Source of the DNA: a virus
Taxonomy: Duplodnaviria > Caudoviricetes
DNA length: 64,000 nt
Strand: one strand, 5' to 3'
IMG/VR virus record: IMGVR_UViG_3300008954_000001
Of the stretch, positions 18,426 to 27,846 are shown one piece after another (the first letter of the stretch is position 1; the number at the start of each line of letters is the position of its first letter). The position numbers and the translations under genes were made by a program. Below the pieces are notes generated by a model that worked only from the letters and a program-made list of their open reading frames with translations, did not search any database and had not been told where the DNA came from.

Positions 18426-18742
18426 CAGATATTCCCCTCCAACCATCGGACAGCGGTGTCGGCCACATAGCAAGCAGCGGCGGATACGAAGCAAGCCACC
18501 ACCACAGTTGGGGCTGCTGTCCAATCCAGCGTAGGAACGCCCTTACACAGCCATAGAAGCCCTAAAGACATCCAACCCGTATGGAAGCCCAAGCAATAGG
18601 CGCAGTTCAACAGGCGGTCGATGAAGGTTTCAGCAATCGCTTCCTCACGGAAGGTCTGGCTATAAAGAAAGGGCAGTTTGTTTGCGAGTCCGAAGCACAA
18701 GCCGTAAGACAGCATAATGAAAAGTACGATATCCATGTTCAC
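18425..18742 (-). CDS. DUF1360-like membrane protein
   Basis: Hydrophobic segments and a C-x-Y-C-x-G-F-H-x-G-W motif like the CxxCxSxW of DUF1360. Confidence 0.6.
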   Translation of the reverse strand: MNMDIVLFIMLSYGLCFGLANKLPFLYSQTFREEAIAETFIDRLLNCAYCLGFHTGWMSLGLLWLCKGVPTLDWTAAPTVVVACFVSAAACYVADTAVRWLEGNI

Positions 18743-18744
18743 CT

Positions 18745-19047
18745 CTATTTTTTGCCCTTACGGACACGACGGGTTCCCTTACCTGCGGGTTTCGTTGGCA
18801 TAATTCGGCAGCATGAAGTGGCCGCCGCCTTTTGGAAAATCTCTACGGTATCGGGCATCCCGTCTTCGTTACAATCGAAGCCGAGATCAATCTCAACTCG
18901 GTTTAGGGCATCAAGAAGCAGATCCCGTTCCGTGGTCAGTTCTTCAGTTCTTCCACCATTACGATATCGGATCTCTACCGCAAGAAGGCGGCGTACCGCT
19001 TCGCCCAACCCCATACGCATCTGTTTCTCGAATTTATTTGAAGCCAC
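18745..19047 (-). CDS. Hypothetical protein
   Basis: In-frame GTG at 19047 follows SD GGGAGG. The track start at 19101 runs into the promoter/terminator. Confidence 0.65.
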   Translation of the reverse strand: MASNKFEKQMRMGLGEAVRRLLAVEIRYRNGGRTEELTTERDLLLDALNRVEIDLGFDCNEDGMPDTVEIFQKAAATSCCRIMPTKPAGKGTRRVRKGKK

Positions 19048-19077
19048 TACTAACCTCCCAACGTAACCATGGTGAAG

Positions 19078-19093
19078 TATAAGGCCCGCACCG
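19078..19093 (-). promoter_or_regulatory. Conserved intergenic motif copy (CGGTG-cggg-CCTTAT-A)
   Basis: Immediately downstream of the 19103-19136 terminator and about 30 nt upstream of the next start. Confidence 0.55.
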
Positions 19094-19102
19094 AAAGACA
19101 AT

Positions 19103-19136
19103 AAAAAAGCCCCCCTCTCCCGAAGGAAAGGGGGGC
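19103..19136 (-). terminator. Intrinsic terminator
   Basis: Minus strand GCCCCCCTTTCC-TTCG-GGAGAGGGGGGC-TTTTTT: C(UUCG)G tetraloop plus U6. Confidence 0.9.
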
Positions 19137-19180
19137 TGAAAGAGTTTTGCTTATCTTACAAGTGCAAGCACTTGATTGGA

Positions 19181-22100
19181 TTAGGCATCAAACAAGAACT
19201 GATCGGCAACGATACACTTAAGTTCCATAGCCTTAGTTCCGGTATCAGTCGTAGTCTCAGTTTGACCGTCCAAGAAAAGAGGTGCGCCAGAAGCGTCTCT
19301 CTTTTGCTGTGAAATCATCCGACCAACCAAAACAGCAACACCATCGGTGATTCCCAAGGTGTCATTGTCAGGCAGGACATTAGTCACACGGCCAGCTTCC
19401 ATAGCCGACAAGAACACATGGTCCCCGTCTACCAAGGTCATCCCACTTTCAGCGAGAACCGAGATGCAAGAACGCTTAGGCATCATGTGGATTTTACCCA
19501 ACAAGGATGCTTCATCAAGCGCACCTTCCATGGCCTGACCAGCAAGTTGCCAGTCGTTGACTCGTGCTTTCGCCATCTTACCGGAGTGGTCTACCAATGC
19601 GAGTGCATCGATATTTCCATCCGCTACGAGGTTCAAACAGTTATCAATGAGTTTGCTCTGAGTCAGAGAACCGACCTTGATGTCATCCTCAAAGGAACCT
19701 TCATAGGTGAACCGACCTGTGATTGGATCATAAGACAGACCACTTGTTGAACCTGCCCCGTCGCTTTGAGCATCATTGACTTCCGCACCAAACAAACCTT
19801 TGATGTTTGCACCAGTAACGCCAGTGAATACCCAAGCACCAGTGGTGGCATCGTAAGACAATCCACCAAAAGACACATCGGCAACTTCCTCAACATAGCC
19901 CTCTTGACCTTCTACACCGGATTCAGCCACGAGTGGTGGCACATCAGCCGCAGTCAGACTTTGCATCGCACGGACATCACCAACATTGAACGACTTCAGT
20001 CGATTGGTCATGGTTTCGCTGCCAACGGTAGCGTCCAGCACCTTCTCAAGCACAGCAACCCGAATAGTGTTGTCTTCAGCCGTTCCAGCGAACACCTGAG
20101 CGACACCTGTGAGGTCACCATTCTCGTCAACCTCACCGCCATCCTTGTGAAGATCCTCTACGAGAATATCCACATGGATTTCAGTAGCCTTGACCCGTGT
20201 AAGGGTATGCGTGTTGACATTCTCAGAGACAGCGAAAGCAAGTGAGCCATAAGTCTTTTCAGACTCAGCAGCATCACCAGCGTCCATCAGTGCTTTCAGT
20301 CCACCCACACCATCCGTCATCTGGAAAGTGTTGGTAGGATCAACCTGAAGCGCAAACTGACCGACACCCAAAGCGAGTTTCTGGAGAACCTCCGCACTCA
20401 CCTCTTCGCCGGTCTCCTCGTCGTAAACCGCTGCCTGATAAGTAACTGCGGATTGACCGTCCACACTACCATACTGAATGGAGTTAGAACCAGAAGCCAA
20501 GGCTTTCAGTCCGTAAGTGCCATCTGTAAGTGGGAAAGTGCTATCAGCATCGATGTAAAGACCGAACTGACCTGCGCTTAGAGCAAGTTTGCCCGGAACC
20601 CCTTCAGACTGAACTACCGCATCCTGATCATCCGCACCCGCATACTGAATGGCGTTACCGCCAGACACATCGCCACGAATCATTCGATTCGTAACACGAG
20701 TCAGAGTGATCACACCCTCACTGAACGCAAGACCACCATGAGCAGTGTCGCCCTCGGTAGCTACAACAGCATCAGCCGCACTGAAAGTACCCCAAACATC
20801 ATGGTTTGTTGGCAACACAGCCGTAAGAGCACCCGTAGAGGGGGCATAGGCCAAGCTACCAAAATCAGCCGCATCCACTGTATAGCCTTCAGGTGCATCT
20901 GCACTTGAAACACTAAGCGAGTACGAAGCGTATAGACCGTCCACACCAGCAGTCAGTGGAATCTGAGTACCAGACTCCTCCGATGCGGATGTTGGGGGAA
21001 CATACCCATTGTAGCTCTCGTTAGCTGCAACCCCACCAGCACCGTCAGCAAAACCGTCCATGAAGGCCGTATTGCTGGTCATAATATCGTACCCATTCTC
21101 ACTGAGCCATAAGACTCCAGATCCGGGACTTCCCAAACTCAACCACTGAACCCCAGCAGCGTGACCGCTGTCGTAATCAGCTTGTTCTTGTGGGTCGCCC
21201 GATCCTGAGCCAGCACTTACAGCAGCCGCATACGAATCAATCGTAAGACTGAGAGTTTTGACATTATTCGCAATCAATTCATCGATGGCGTTTCCGTCAG
21301 CGACAGTGGCAGTGTGAACACGAGCAGCCGTGAAGTACATGGTTCCCGAAGTAACCGACGCATTTGGATCTTCATCCAAACCCGCAGTGCTATGACGAAC
21401 AGGCGTATTGCTACCTACTGGCAAGTATTCCGAAATACTCGAAATACCACCACGGAAGGTACGAGCTTCAAGATCAAGCAAAGCACCTGCTGTGGTTTCT
21501 GGAGTAGTAATCTGTCCAAATCTCCAGTGACCACCACGAATCGCTGGATCGCCGTTTTCAAGGGCATCCCCCTCAGAGGAATCCAGAGGGTCCATTACCC
21601 AAAGCATTGCTGCATCGTGCAACCCTCGCTCAACACGAAGTCCAGCGAAGAAGGGGTCAATATCAGCCTGTGAGCCGTCAGCTTTTCGTGCCAGGTGAAT
21701 CACATTGTCTTCAAGCGTAGTCACCTCTGTATTTACAGCGGTCTGAGTGCCATTTACGACGAGATCACCCGTTAGGGTCATGTTTCCAGCGACCGCAAGG
21801 CCACCACTCAGATTCAAACCACGAGAGGATGAAATCCTGTTCTGGTCATCAGCCGCATCGGATTGCTCGCTGCCAGCGTCTTGTCCGGCGATTGACACCG
21901 AGCTACTTCCCGCAGGGGGGTTAGCTGGATCAATCGACGTGTCTTCGTTTTCCGAATAGAACATCGAGTTGACAGGTTCGCCTGGATCAGCGGCTTGACC
22001 ATGGCTTACGCCTTGGTCAAATTGCGGATTTCCTTGCCACATATCATACTCAGAAAACTCGCTGCCGAACAACCAAGTCGAGAAATCGGCCTCACCTGAA

Positions 22101-25100
22101 AGCTGAAAGGCTTGTCCAATAGAATAGCCAAGCTCATAGTCGCCTTGTGCTGGCTGTGCGGCCACCATGTACTCAATAGTAAAGGTACGATCTTCTACCG
22201 GAATCGCTGTAAGATCCTCAAAAGGTGCCTCATACTTCCAAGTCGAAGGCCCCTCATTTGTCGTAAGCGTTCCAACAGCGGGGCTGCTTACAGGGTTGAG
22301 GTATCCACCATTAGCTTCTGCGAGGCTGCCCTCAACAACTGTACTGGCAGGTATGGCATCTACACTTACAAGAGCCAACATCGGCACTTCAAGTGCATAA
22401 GTCTCAGACCCTTCAGCGAGGTTGTCCTCGATCCGAACCCGACCCTCATTAATCGTGAGATTACCTGTCAGGTCAGTGACACCTTCAACGGTGAGATCAC
22501 CAGTCAACTCAGTCCGACCAGTCAACTGAAGGAGAGTGTAGGCGTTATCGTTGCCCGTCGCACCCGCTGCCAACACCTGAAAGCTCGCACTCCCCTGTGA
22601 TGGAAGCATGATGCGCTTGTCGGCCTTCAAAGACTCAAGAGTAACAATGTCGCCGTCAGCCTTGATGGACTTCTGCGTCACAATGGAGTGCCACTGGGCA
22701 TCACCAGCGTTTGCTGGTGTACCAAAGGTAGCCAAACCACCGACACCCAAACTACCAGCGAGGTCTAAACCACGGGTAGAAAGCATGTTGTGAACAGCAT
22801 CATCAGCAGGACGAGCACCTTCCATGATTGGATCGAATGCAACGAACTCTTCGCCGCTTAATCCGTTATCAGCTTCCGTAGTTGCGATGCCTTCAGCATC
22901 CGAATAAAGAAGCTCACCACCACCAATGACGTTCCCGCCCTCATCGTATTCTAAGGGCATTGTAGCCTGAACACCGTTGTTTGCTTCCAACACTGGAACA
23001 TAGAAGCCATGGATACCTGTGCCGCCTTCATTCGGACGGATCTTCAAGCTGTGACCAGCTTGGAGAAGCCCGTCTGCATAAACACTACCGAATTCAGCAT
23101 GAACCTGAGCACCGGATGCGCCTACGAACAAACCGCCATCGTGGATGTTCAAATGACCATCTGAATTCCCATGGGAATACATATCAAGGTCGCCCTTGAG
23201 GTACAGGTGGTGATTGTGGCCCTCATTGTCCAGTCGCTTGTCCAACTTGAACAAGAACTCAGAACCGTCCCAAATAGCATCTACACTCTTGGAGACTTGA
23301 AAGTTATCGGCTCGGAAACCGCCGCTGCTGCTTATGGTTTCCCGTGCTTCAATCCAACCAACAACCAACATATCTGCGGCGGCAGTCATGGGCCAAGCGG
23401 TTTCATCAAGAGAGTCAAACTCTCCTAAACGGATTTTCTGAGTCTCACCAGTCCGAACATGGAAGCCAGGAGCTTTCAGTTCCATAGCACTGTCGGCTGC
23501 GACCCTTACAAGGTCACCTTTAACTTGTGCTCCTACGGAGGATTCTACGTTCACACCAATCGAAGATTGGAGGTCGATTTTCTCTGCCTCAACCTTTAGG
23601 TCGCCCGAAAGTCGAGTGTCGCCTTTAAGGTCAAGATAAGAAGCATTGAGCTTGATTTCGCTGGCCTCTAAGTCAACACGATCAATCGTAGCGTAAGTCT
23701 CTTCCAAAATCATGGAAGGATCGACCTGTGCCAAAAGACCGGGATCAAACGTAGCTGATTGAGTCGTAGTAGACCCATCCCCAGAGTAAACGTAGGTCGC
23801 AGTCAGAGGGATCTCCCGATAGGAAGAATCTTCTTCCATCAACCGACGAAGATCCTTATCTGCTTCGTAAATCCAATCATCGCCCTGCGTTGTTACCCAT
23901 CCCACACTGGGATCGTTATCAACCGTAAAGCTCTCAAGAACCATCGTCTGCACACCGATTGGAGCGCCAAGGTCGTATTGGATCGAAGCGGGGAAAGAAT
24001 CCGCCAGTTCGCCTGAAATCTTGACGTATCCATTATCAGCAGTGTTCTCCGCCGTATCCACTCTAAGTTTTCCGTCAGCAACCATGAACTCATTGAGTCG
24101 GGCGTTGTTGGAAATGTGGACAAAGCCAGCGGCCATCGACATTGAACTGAGAATAGTGTCGTCACCATCTCTCAAAGAAATGATTGCGAGCATTTCCTCT
24201 TGGGCCAGCGCATCCGCATGTTTGACGTAAAAGTCGCCATCAACCGAAGTGGTTGGGGCGGCAATCGCAACAGACTTACGAATAGCTTCATTTTCCGCAA
24301 TAATAGCGACACCAGCTACGCCTCTACTAAATTGGTCATCAAAAAGAGTGACCACATCTGCCATCTGGGTCTCTGAATGACCATCGGTGTAAACCATCGT
24401 AATGATAAGCTCACGCTGCCAAGAGGCGGCTTCTCGTAGACCTCGAAGATCCGCTTGGAAGGCTGCCCCATCCTCTACCATAGTAGAGAAAATGATGGTG
24501 CCATCGCCATTGTCAATAAACGCAGCAGATCCCGAATAAGCAACCGCCGGGGCAGATTGCTGAGAATAGCCATCAGGAGAGGTGGCGGGGAACGCTTCTT
24601 GAACATTGACCAAGAGTTGCACATCACCAGGGGTTTCTCCGTCTCCGATTTCGCCAGCCAAGCCAGCACCATCAAGAGTAATCAATCCCATAAGGTTGGT
24701 AAGAGCAACATCCTGTGTGAAAATCGCCTGTGAGTTAGCCAATAAAATCTGACTGCCTGCGCCAGACACATTCAAAGTAATAGCGGAAGACGCTGCACTT
24801 GTATCAAGAGCAATAGAATTAGCCGCACTCTGAATGATTGCGTCAGCACTTAGAGACAACTGCGCCGCAGAAGCGTTGCTTGACTCCAAATTCAACTGAT
24901 CCGCTGTAATAGTTACATTGGTATCGGTGATGGAAGTCGATGCCGCATTTCGGTCATAAGTGAAACGCCCATCGCCTAATGTGAGGCTTTTGGGGTTTGC
25001 GCTTAAGATAGCGTCATCCGCCTCAGATACAGTTTCATCCGTAAAGGAAAAGAATGGAATCCTTTTACCCATCGTGGTTTGGTCTGCACCAATGATGTTC

Positions 25101-25711
25101 AAACTACCCAAAGCGAGAATGTCGCCAAGATGGGGTTTGCAATCAGTAGGCATCCGTGGGTTTGGGGCATCCTGTCCAACCATCTTGCGAGCGAGAACGC
25201 TTACGAAGTTGGTAAGGGCGGGAGCAACAACCTCGACAGTTTCGCCATTGCTATCGAAAGATGGGGTAACGATACCGTTATCCACCGCTGCGAGAGCAGA
25301 ACCGTCGTCAGGCCCTTGATCAAGACCAGCAGTAGGAACAAGAGCAGCCCGAAGTGCTACCTCGGCATCCCCGTCCATGTAAGGTACAGTACCTGCCAAC
25401 GGAAGAGTGTAGCTGTAAACAGCAAAGGTAGCTCCCACGTCGCCGCCCATCATGACGATGCCAGAGGCATCCTGAAGGGAAACGGTGTAATCTACACTCC
25501 GCACAAGGCCGTCCAAATTGAGGAAGTTGTTATCCATAATCGCTTGGGCGGTTTCGTTACCGTCAGCGGTTGCCAGATAGAACTGTGTGATATTTTCGGG
25601 AATGTCCCCGTTGTCCAGAAAATCAACCCCTTCATTATCGATTGTAAAATCAACCTGAAGTTCTTGATTCTCAAGATCAACGGAAATCCCGTTAATGATT
25701 AAAATAGCCAT
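19181..25711 (-). CDS. Giant virion fibre/structural protein (about 2176 aa)
   Basis: Start MAILIING after AAGGAG. Contains the fibre-type motif TTLEDNVIHL...AGLRVERG...AAMLW, repeated G(G/S)L(S/A)Y/F..TG..T units and a DUF2190/cement-like C-terminal domain. Confidence 0.7.
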   Translation of the reverse strand: MAILIINGISVDLENQELQVDFTIDNEGVDFLDNGDIPENITQFYLATADGNETAQAIMDNNFLNLDGLVRSVDYTVSLQDASGIVMMGGDVGATFAVYSYTLPLAGTVPYMDGDAEVALRAALVPTAGLDQGPDDGSALAAVDNGIVTPSFDSNGETVEVVAPALTNFVSVLARKMVGQDAPNPRMPTDCKPHLGDILALGSLNIIGADQTTMGKRIPFFSFTDETVSEADDAILSANPKSLTLGDGRFTYDRNAASTSITDTNVTITADQLNLESSNASAAQLSLSADAIIQSAANSIALDTSAASSAITLNVSGAGSQILLANSQAIFTQDVALTNLMGLITLDGAGLAGEIGDGETPGDVQLLVNVQEAFPATSPDGYSQQSAPAVAYSGSAAFIDNGDGTIIFSTMVEDGAAFQADLRGLREAASWQRELIITMVYTDGHSETQMADVVTLFDDQFSRGVAGVAIIAENEAIRKSVAIAAPTTSVDGDFYVKHADALAQEEMLAIISLRDGDDTILSSMSMAAGFVHISNNARLNEFMVADGKLRVDTAENTADNGYVKISGELADSFPASIQYDLGAPIGVQTMVLESFTVDNDPSVGWVTTQGDDWIYEADKDLRRLMEEDSSYREIPLTATYVYSGDGSTTTQSATFDPGLLAQVDPSMILEETYATIDRVDLEASEIKLNASYLDLKGDTRLSGDLKVEAEKIDLQSSIGVNVESSVGAQVKGDLVRVAADSAMELKAPGFHVRTGETQKIRLGEFDSLDETAWPMTAAADMLVVGWIEARETISSSGGFRADNFQVSKSVDAIWDGSEFLFKLDKRLDNEGHNHHLYLKGDLDMYSHGNSDGHLNIHDGGLFVGASGAQVHAEFGSVYADGLLQAGHSLKIRPNEGGTGIHGFYVPVLEANNGVQATMPLEYDEGGNVIGGGELLYSDAEGIATTEADNGLSGEEFVAFDPIMEGARPADDAVHNMLSTRGLDLAGSLGVGGLATFGTPANAGDAQWHSIVTQKSIKADGDIVTLESLKADKRIMLPSQGSASFQVLAAGATGNDNAYTLLQLTGRTELTGDLTVEGVTDLTGNLTINEGRVRIEDNLAEGSETYALEVPMLALVSVDAIPASTVVEGSLAEANGGYLNPVSSPAVGTLTTNEGPSTWKYEAPFEDLTAIPVEDRTFTIEYMVAAQPAQGDYELGYSIGQAFQLSGEADFSTWLFGSEFSEYDMWQGNPQFDQGVSHGQAADPGEPVNSMFYSENEDTSIDPANPPAGSSSVSIAGQDAGSEQSDAADDQNRISSSRGLNLSGGLAVAGNMTLTGDLVVNGTQTAVNTEVTTLEDNVIHLARKADGSQADIDPFFAGLRVERGLHDAAMLWVMDPLDSSEGDALENGDPAIRGGHWRFGQITTPETTAGALLDLEARTFRGGISSISEYLPVGSNTPVRHSTAGLDEDPNASVTSGTMYFTAARVHTATVADGNAIDELIANNVKTLSLTIDSYAAAVSAGSGSGDPQEQADYDSGHAAGVQWLSLGSPGSGVLWLSENGYDIMTSNTAFMDGFADGAGGVAANESYNGYVPPTSASEESGTQIPLTAGVDGLYASYSLSVSSADAPEGYTVDAADFGSLAYAPSTGALTAVLPTNHDVWGTFSAADAVVATEGDTAHGGLAFSEGVITLTRVTNRMIRGDVSGGNAIQYAGADDQDAVVQSEGVPGKLALSAGQFGLYIDADSTFPLTDGTYGLKALASGSNSIQYGSVDGQSAVTYQAAVYDEETGEEVSAEVLQKLALGVGQFALQVDPTNTFQMTDGVGGLKALMDAGDAAESEKTYGSLAFAVSENVNTHTLTRVKATEIHVDILVEDLHKDGGEVDENGDLTGVAQVFAGTAEDNTIRVAVLEKVLDATVGSETMTNRLKSFNVGDVRAMQSLTAADVPPLVAESGVEGQEGYVEEVADVSFGGLSYDATTGAWVFTGVTGANIKGLFGAEVNDAQSDGAGSTSGLSYDPITGRFTYEGSFEDDIKVGSLTQSKLIDNCLNLVADGNIDALALVDHSGKMAKARVNDWQLAGQAMEGALDEASLLGKIHMMPKRSCISVLAESGMTLVDGDHVFLSAMEAGRVTNVLPDNDTLGITDGVAVLVGRMISQQKRDASGAPLFLDGQTETTTDTGTKAMELKCIVADQFLFDA

Positions 25712-25891
25712 AATTAATGACTCCTTTTTGAGTAAGAATTGTGAGGCATAGGTTTCGCACCGTGCGAACCTACGCATGTTTGTTTTCGTGTGTTGTCTGT
25801 TCCTTAAGATCGAGGTTTAGAGATCGGAAGCCGTAGCTTCGTGTCTCTGCAACTCACCATCTGTCTATTTCAGACCCAGAACACGACTTAG

Positions 25892-25918
25892 AAAAAAGCC
25901 CCTGTGGGTGGTTGGGGC
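25892..25918 (-). terminator. Possible weak terminator or attenuator
   Basis: Minus GCCCC-11 nt-GGGGC-TTTTTT. Confidence 0.5.
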
Positions 25919-26047
25919 CTCATTAATAGGGTTGGTGGGTCGTGGACCGCACCCGCACCTATACGAGTCACCTATAGGAATCCCGTATCGGGCACGGATT
26001 GAAATAAAGTGGGTTTGTGCCGCACTGACGGGGAAAAGGCTTCCCGG

Positions 26048-26389
26048 TCAGTCTTTTAGGGACGTTTTCTCGCCCGCTTCTTCCGCTCGGTAGGCTTTCA
26101 AACGGTCGGCCAAATAGTTTCTAATAAGAAGGATTTGATCCTTCTGGCCGTTCAACCGTTGGAGTTGCTTATCCATCTCTTGTCGGAGAAGAACTTTTCG
26201 ATGCCGTAAGTCTTGGTGTTCTTGATAGATCCCCGCTCGCTGAAGGAGCTTGGTGATCTCAACATCGATTTCTTTGATCTTATCAACAGCTTCTTGTTGA
26301 TAGTGCTCTCGTTGATCGGAAATCCCTCGGACACCCCCATCAAGGATTTCGATTTCTCGAAGCAGAACTTCAACCGCCGTATTCGCCAT
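26048..26389 (-). CDS. Hypothetical coiled-coil protein
   Basis: 113 aa, heptad pattern, coupled to the upstream gene by a stop/start overlap. Confidence 0.75.
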   Translation of the reverse strand: MANTAVEVLLREIEILDGGVRGISDQREHYQQEAVDKIKEIDVEITKLLQRAGIYQEHQDLRHRKVLLRQEMDKQLQRLNGQKDQILLIRNYLADRLKAYRAEEAGEKTSLKD

Positions 26390-26643
26390 TACATATGAGT
26401 CAGTGCCTTCATATTCCTAATCTCATCAGCATAGGTCAGCGCAGGCACTTTCGCTTTTCGGTTGAAGTAGTCGTTCTTGAGATCACGAATATTTGGAGTG
26501 TGCTCAAAGATAAAGAACACCCGATTTTGATCTCGAATCGTTTCAATTAGCGAAACCCCTGCAACCCGCAGATAAGCGGCATAATACAAGTCGGACGTTC
26601 GGTAACGCCTTTCTTCTACTGGCTCGCTCATAAGGTTCTCCAA
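26389..26643 (-). CDS. DUF5659-like small phage protein
   Basis: YRTSDLYYAAYLRVAG...RVFFIFE...DYFN pattern. Confidence 0.7.
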   Translation of the reverse strand: MENLMSEPVEERRYRTSDLYYAAYLRVAGVSLIETIRDQNRVFFIFEHTPNIRDLKNDYFNRKAKVPALTYADEIRNMKALTHM

Positions 26644-26690
26644 AAAGGGGTCATGTTATCTCCAGCCTCCCCTATACAAATGGGGGAGCC

Positions 26691-26706
26691 TATCGGTAGC
26701 TTATCG
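26691..26706 (-). promoter_or_regulatory. Degenerate intergenic motif copy (CGATA-agct-ACCGAT-A)
   Basis: Directly after the stop of 26708..27457, followed by a leader hairpin at 26667-26688. Confidence 0.4.
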
Positions 26707-26707
26707 A

Positions 26708-27457
26708 TCAAGGGCCGTTTTGAAGCCCAAAAACCATGTTGAAGGTAGGTACGCTTTCCGCACCCCCCGCATTTCTATTGCTGGATACCAACACCTCCAT
26801 AGCATTGACATCGTATAAGCCGAGTTCTTCGCCCGAAGTAAGTTGGATCATCGGCATCCCCGGATGGAAGGCCACATGAAGATCCTCACCCGCCGCACCC
26901 AGATTCTTGATCCAGATCGAAGAGGAAAACATCGGCAAATGGAAGTGCATCGCCGCTTCGGGGGGGAAATCCCCCGGCGATGAAGCAAGCCCTGGTGCGG
27001 TCCCGTGCAAAGTTAGAACTGGCCGCACCCCTTGAATATAGTCCTTCGGCAAAACGATGTTGATCGGACCTTGGGCCTCAAAATCATCCAAAGCATCCGA
27101 GAACTTCTCGATCCGCATGAACATGATCTGGTCATCACTCGGAATCAGCGGAGCACCAACAGGGTCGAAGAAATCGTCGGGATCGAAGATCATCCGTGTG
27201 ACCCCTCGATCTCGACCAGCCCCGTGAACCACATGACGCTTGTTCTTCTTAATCGAATGTGAACGGAACCCCACACCAGCGGGAGCCGTGAATAGGCTTT
27301 CTGTTCCTGAACCACCTACGCCGTTAGTGTTGCCATACGCATGATCCAAGGTGTTCGCAGCACTAACTCGATACTGTGACACCCCACCCTCTTGCGAGAG
27401 CATCATGTCGATATAGTTGTTCTGGCGCTCTCGGACGTTGCCAATTACCCCTCTCAT
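26708..27457 (-). CDS. Hypothetical (probably structural) protein
   Basis: 249-aa ORF with ATGA overlap and a beta-rich C-terminal half. Confidence 0.75.
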   Translation of the reverse strand: MRGVIGNVRERQNNYIDMMLSQEGGVSQYRVSAANTLDHAYGNTNGVGGSGTESLFTAPAGVGFRSHSIKKNKRHVVHGAGRDRGVTRMIFDPDDFFDPVGAPLIPSDDQIMFMRIEKFSDALDDFEAQGPINIVLPKDYIQGVRPVLTLHGTAPGLASSPGDFPPEAAMHFHLPMFSSSIWIKNLGAAGEDLHVAFHPGMPMIQLTSGEELGLYDVNAMEVLVSSNRNAGGAESVPTFNMVFGLQNGP

Positions 27458-27846
27458 GCGTCACCTCTTTTTTCTTTACGGATCAAGGAATCGTAGGATG
27501 ATGTGTCTTTCCCTTTCGAGCCAGCCAACTTTTTCGCATCCGACCAAGAAGCCACTCGCTCACCCTCTACATTCGGAGCAAGTTGAACGGGAGGAGCATC
27601 CCTTTTCTTCTCGTTTTCTTTCCCCGCCAATCGTTGATTCTTCGCTGCCATTTGACTTTTGATCCGAAGATTCTTACCCGGCCACGAGTCGCCTTTCAGG
27701 ACAAACCCTACGGGAGTGATCTGTTTGTCGGCGGATGTTTCACACACAGGACAAACCTGTGTTTTGTCATACTCAGCAAAAGGGAGATGTAATTCAAACT
27801 CCTTTTCGCACTCGTCGTTTGTGCATTGGTAAGCGTATATCGGCAT
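27454..27846 (-). CDS. FmdB-like zinc-ribbon protein
   Basis: MPIYAYQC...C...CPVC...GFVLKGDSW, the classic FmdB-family pattern. Confidence 0.85.
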   Translation of the reverse strand: MPIYAYQCTNDECEKEFELHLPFAEYDKTQVCPVCETSADKQITPVGFVLKGDSWPGKNLRIKSQMAAKNQRLAGKENEKKRDAPPVQLAPNVEGERVASWSDAKKLAGSKGKDTSSYDSLIRKEKRGDA

